Below are positions 59,875-64,000 of a stretch of DNA of 64,000 nt, piece by piece. The position numbers and the translations under genes were made by a program. Every line of letters starts with the position of its first letter. Position 1 is the stretch's first letter. A model generated the notes under the pieces. The model was not told the origin of the DNA. It searched no databases and was given only the letters and a program-made list of their open reading frames with translations. The DNA is from Eremomyces bilateralis CBS 781.70. Lineage: Eukaryota. The stretch lies in assembly GCA_010015585.1 (NCBI GenBank), contig ML975169.1; one strand, given 5' to 3'.

Positions 59875-61419
59875 AGGGTGTCATGATCAACAGCACAGTT
59901 TACTCGAACCTTTTTGTTGAAGTTCTCTGATGCTGTGGAATTGCTTGATATTCGGTGGGTACGCACCCGATACGTTCACCAGGCTTGCGTCAACAAAATC
60001 AGCCTTATCATATCGAGTGGATGTTGTGGGCCCGAGGCCGGACTGCGAATAGTGCAGAATATACTCCGTAAGACAGGACCATTCGTCGTCTTCAATCATT
60101 CCTCAAAGGGCATTTTATTGGAGGTTGGGAGAATCCTGAAAGCACAATGATTCACCACTCACCAGATCGGCTTCTGATGCAGTCAAGCGAGATGGAGCTA
60201 CAGGCAGGGATACCTAGTAGGGCAGGGCACGGTGGGACGGGGCAGGACTTTGGGTGGGCAATAAGAGGGGGGCTGTGGCGCTACAGAGCTAGGTGAGGGC
60301 AAGCGATCGAGGGCAGCGCTTGGAGGGTTGGACATTGATAGACACGAGAGAATGATGCAGCCTAATTAGTGGCAGCGAATGAGACATACCTTTCGACTTT
60401 CCAGGACAATATAATATCGGCGAATGATAAAGGAATGGTGATTTGCAGCGAGTCAACTGGGCAGAGGAAGTAGGCAACCCAACCGATCAGCCAACCGGGC
60501 GGGCCAGCCGAAGCTAGTTGCTAAGTTAAGTGCTAGATTGGCATCCAGAAGTCGGAAACGCTTGGGACTTTGGGGGTCGGGGGAGTTGGGAGTTGGGGCG
60601 AGGTCCTCCGTAGATTAGGGACGAATTAGGGACTGGGCTGGGGACGTGGAGTAGAAGAACAACTGCCACCACACGGCACACCACCATCACCATCATACGA
60701 ACCCTTTAACAAGTACCACCTACTACCTACGTACTCCGTAGATGCACTTGGATCTTCTGAAACTGCTTTTGCTTTAGACCTTCATCTCCATTCTCCATTT
60801 TCCCGCAACGCGCCCTTATTATCTTCCTGTTAAGCTTCTCCCTTATCCAGACTCCATCTCCTTGTCGCCAGTCGACTTATCTGCTGCAAAGACGGTGTTC
60901 CAAGTCAGCGTACGGCATTGAGTGTGTCTGATCAGAAGCTCTGGAGCTCAAGTAGTCACCGTTGGAGTTGAAACCTGGTGTTAGACCTGATAGCCACCTT
61001 GGTCATTCCCTCTGAATCAGAACCGCTGTCATTCTGCCACGACTCGTACGATCCATTCTATCACCCAACCTCGATACCACGGTACGACATCGCATATATC
61101 ATACCGGATATTTCGCACATCTCATCGATTTGATATTCGACGACGAGCTCCGATACACGCTCAGGAAGCCTGCAGACCACTCCGTCGTCTATATCGTCAC
61201 GAGCTTGTCCCTGTGAGGGTACAGCTATACGATTTACCTTCGGTCAGTCGATTGCTCTCTCCAAGTAAGAGACGTGTTGAGCTGTCCGCTCGTCTTGTCA
61301 TTCTAGTCCAATTCTACATTGCGCACAATACTAACCCTTTTACTTGGTACATGCAGTTCTATACGCTGAACCGAGATATAATCCTCTTACCGCCTACCCT
61401 TCGCTGAAAGTCTGGCAAA

Positions 61420-62304
61420 ATGGCTGCTGCCCCACCAACCCAATCCTTGAAGGTCCGTGAACGAACTTTATCGGATACTAGAAGTCATGGCTGACCTCGA
61501 TAGTGTGTGGTGACGGGAGATGGTGCTGTCGGAAAGGTAAAGCTCCTGGATCGCGCGGTTTCTGGAAAGCTGCTGACTCTCGATCTAGACATGTCTCCTC
61601 ATATCATATACCACGAATGCCTTCCCCGGAGAATATATTCCAACTGTGTACGCTATCCCCTAGTCAGCCCCCATCGCTAGATTCGTCATGCTTGGTAGAC
61701 CCCTCGACTAAGTGGTGACCAGATTCGACAACTATTCCGCAAGTGTGATGGTAGATGGGAAACCCATCAGCCTGGGTTTATGGGACACGGCCGGCCAAGA
61801 AGATTACGATCGACTACGACCTCTCTCTTACCCTCAGACGGACGTATTCCTGATCTGCTTCTCCGTTGTCAGCCGCGCCTCGTTCGACAACGTGAAAGCC
61901 AAGGTGAGCGTTCCATTCTACATCCACCGAGTTCGTTTGCTGATGCATGATTAGTGGGCGCCTGAGATTGAACACCACGCACCCGGCGTACCAATCATCC
62001 TGGTTGGCACCAAGCTCGATCTGCGAGATGATGAGGGGACACGGGAACAATTGAGAAAGATGAAGCAGAGTCCAGTGTCATATGAGGAGGCGGTTCAGGT
62101 CGCGAAGGAAATCAAAGCATACAAATATCTCGAATGTTCGGCTCTTACCACTCGTAATTTGAAGAGTGTTTTTGACGAAGCAATCCGGTACGGCATTTCC
62201 GGAGGAGTTTAACCCCTTCTTGTTGGAGCTGACAATCCTCTAGGGCAGTCCTGAATCCTCGTCCTACAGCAAAGAAGTCAAGTAAGAAGTGCACAATCCT
62301 ATAA
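61420..62304 (+). CDS. RAC1: Rho-family GTPase Rac, multi-exon
   Basis: The spliced reading gives [73 protein letters not shown], ending in CAAX KKCTIL*. Confidence 0.96.
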
Positions 62305-62904
62305 ACATATTACCCCGAAGTCCTGTGTCGAGATCATCTCTCCTTTCTTAGCATATCGAAGGTGACGATCTCTTTACACCGGAGATGACGAGATGGCGTT
62401 CGGCGAGGAAAGGAATGAACGTTTTGCGATACAGACAGCGAGCATCGCTCTACCCGGGTGCATACTTCTCTATTAGTGGTTGAGGGCCAGCGATTCCAAG
62501 CTCGTTAATTGAGATTGCACTCTTAACATATTCAGACACGACAGTCCGCCGGAGCACCCTTCGTACATCTCTCTGCGGGATCGATAGACCGGCCTTTGCC
62601 TTCTTACATGTGGTCTCAACCTACATCTTATTCATTCTCTTCAGTTGAAATTTAATTCATGCTTTAGTCAATGTCGCGGACTTTTTTCAGCTAGCCGATC
62701 GCACGTGGATCAATATCTTGGTTTTCATTCATGGTCTTGAAGATAGACATTTCCGGTTGCCTGGCGTTTTGTAGATAATTGAATCTGGAACTTGTTGCTA
62801 TCTCCGTTTCTTGATTGAGCCACATCTTTATCATGAATATTGCACCGTATAATCCCTTTCGGGTTCGTTTTCGCGAGTCCCTTTAGGTCCCCACCGGATG
62901 TCAT

Positions 62905-63876
62905 CTATGCTATTCCAGTATGGTCGCTATATCGGTTCTCATAAACCCAGTTGACCAGTTCCTGGTCGCTTTTACAAACATGTGTGGTTCCCCAGCCGTC
63001 CGTCATGGCTTTGACCGTGGTGCTCTCCCCTTCCAACGCAGCGTCGCCGCAGCACTTCTGACTTTGCCTTAGGTAGTCAAAGCAATGTGTGACATGGCGC
63101 TGCATGTCAGGGTTCTGCGTTTCCTCTCCTAGCCGGCAGCGACCCAAATCGCGCATGATCAGGTAGAGGCAGTGGTATTGGTGCAGCGAGGCAATACTGT
63201 AGCCTCCTCCCTTCACTCCCTTGAAATGTAGGGGCTTGCCGATGTCGTACTTATCCGCGTCGGGGACTCGAACAAATCCCCGACCAACTGCTGTTCTGTC
63301 AGCGGTTGTTCAGTGTCTGGTCTAGGTTGTTTAATCTTTTACCGGGCATATCATTCCGCCATCGAGTGCGAACCTCGTTGAATATAGCTCGAGTAGAGAA
63401 CATGGTCTCATTCGCATATCGATAGTCCGGTTGAAAGGTAACCAACTCGGATGAAACTGCCAGTACGCGTATATCAGCAGGAGTCCAGCACGGCCCCGTG
63501 TCGCCATGGGCTACATACATGGCGGGACAAGCCCATTTGGCTCTCCCAATAGCTCCAGCTGATCTCCAGAGGCGGGCGCTGAAAGATCCGTCGATGAGGT
63601 GTTGGATCCTGCCGTCGATGTACACTCTGCTCTTGGACGCCGGCCTTCACTTGACACTGCGATGATCAACAGGAGGGCCACCGCTAAGAGCAAAATATTG
63701 CCCAACAAGCTCCATATCAAGTAGCGCCTCGTTCTATTCCCTGCGTCGTAGCTCTTCTCTCGTTCATCGTGCTTCCATTGCCGACGATCCAACATCGCAA
63801 CCTCCTCATTCTCGTCCAGTGAGTCTCTGGGGAACACCGGCAACCCATCATGACTTTCTTGAAAAGGTAATACCAT
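62905..63876 (-). CDS. DUF3328 / UstYa-like oxidase, multi-exon
   Basis: N-terminal TM anchor, two HxxHC motifs (LHQYHCL, HVTHCFDYLRQ), C.GDAALEG and DGWGTTHVCK. Confidence 0.9.
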
Positions 63877-64000
63877 AGTTCCGAACCCTAGAAAGTCGCA
63901 TTACGATTTCAGACAGTGGATGGGCATCCAAAGTAGACGTTGAAAGAAGCATTTTCCAAACATCTCCATCAGTGCTTCATTCTTAGGTCTGGTTAGGATT

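Noticed and set aside
1..64000. tRNA/rRNA genes or a Starship captain (DUF3435 tyrosine recombinase)
   Set aside because: No cloverleaf with A/B boxes, rRNA signature or recombinase ORF was recognised by eye; tRNAscan-SE, Infernal and HMM searches would be needed to exclude them formally.

Overview
This is eukaryotic DNA from a filamentous ascomycete (Pezizomycotina), with short GT-AG introns and CTAAC/CTGAC branch points; most real genes are spliced and split in the ORF track. About 0-12 kb is a nested transposon nest. It holds the 3' end of a pogo/Fot1-like element, an unclassified intron-containing transposase-like element with a 7x ~19-bp terminal repeat array (interrupted by an assembly gap), and a RIP-mutated, internally deleted Mutator (MULE) copy. 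Inserted cleanly into that MULE is an apparently intact 5.75-kb non-canonical (FoHeli/Helitron2-like) Helitron with a 4-exon, ~1690-aa Rep-Pif1 helicase gene, asymmetric terminal inverted repeats and no TSD; its ends can be fixed to +/-1 nt by rebuilding the empty site. The nest continues with a damaged Gly-rich gene, a probable solo LTR and a truncated Tc1 (DD34E) transposase. A second small TE island (foldback element plus a 239-bp MITE with perfect 44-bp TIRs) lies at 19.1-20.2 kb. Host genes include LIP2, phosphoketolase, an SDR, a GT90/CAP10-like transferase, a secreted beta-lactamase-fold protein lacking its catalytic SxxK, a Zn2Cys6 factor, a Git3-like GPCR and a PA-RING E3 ligase. Further along are a Tyr/Ser phosphatase, MBA1-like, MIX17, ketopantoate reductase, C1D/Rrp47, MFS and OPT transporters, SCO1, a NOP6-like RRM gene, SHY1, CENP-T, CMS1, Rac1 and a DUF3328/UstYa oxidase at the right edge. 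No tRNA, rRNA or CRISPR features were seen. All family calls come from motif recognition, not database searches.
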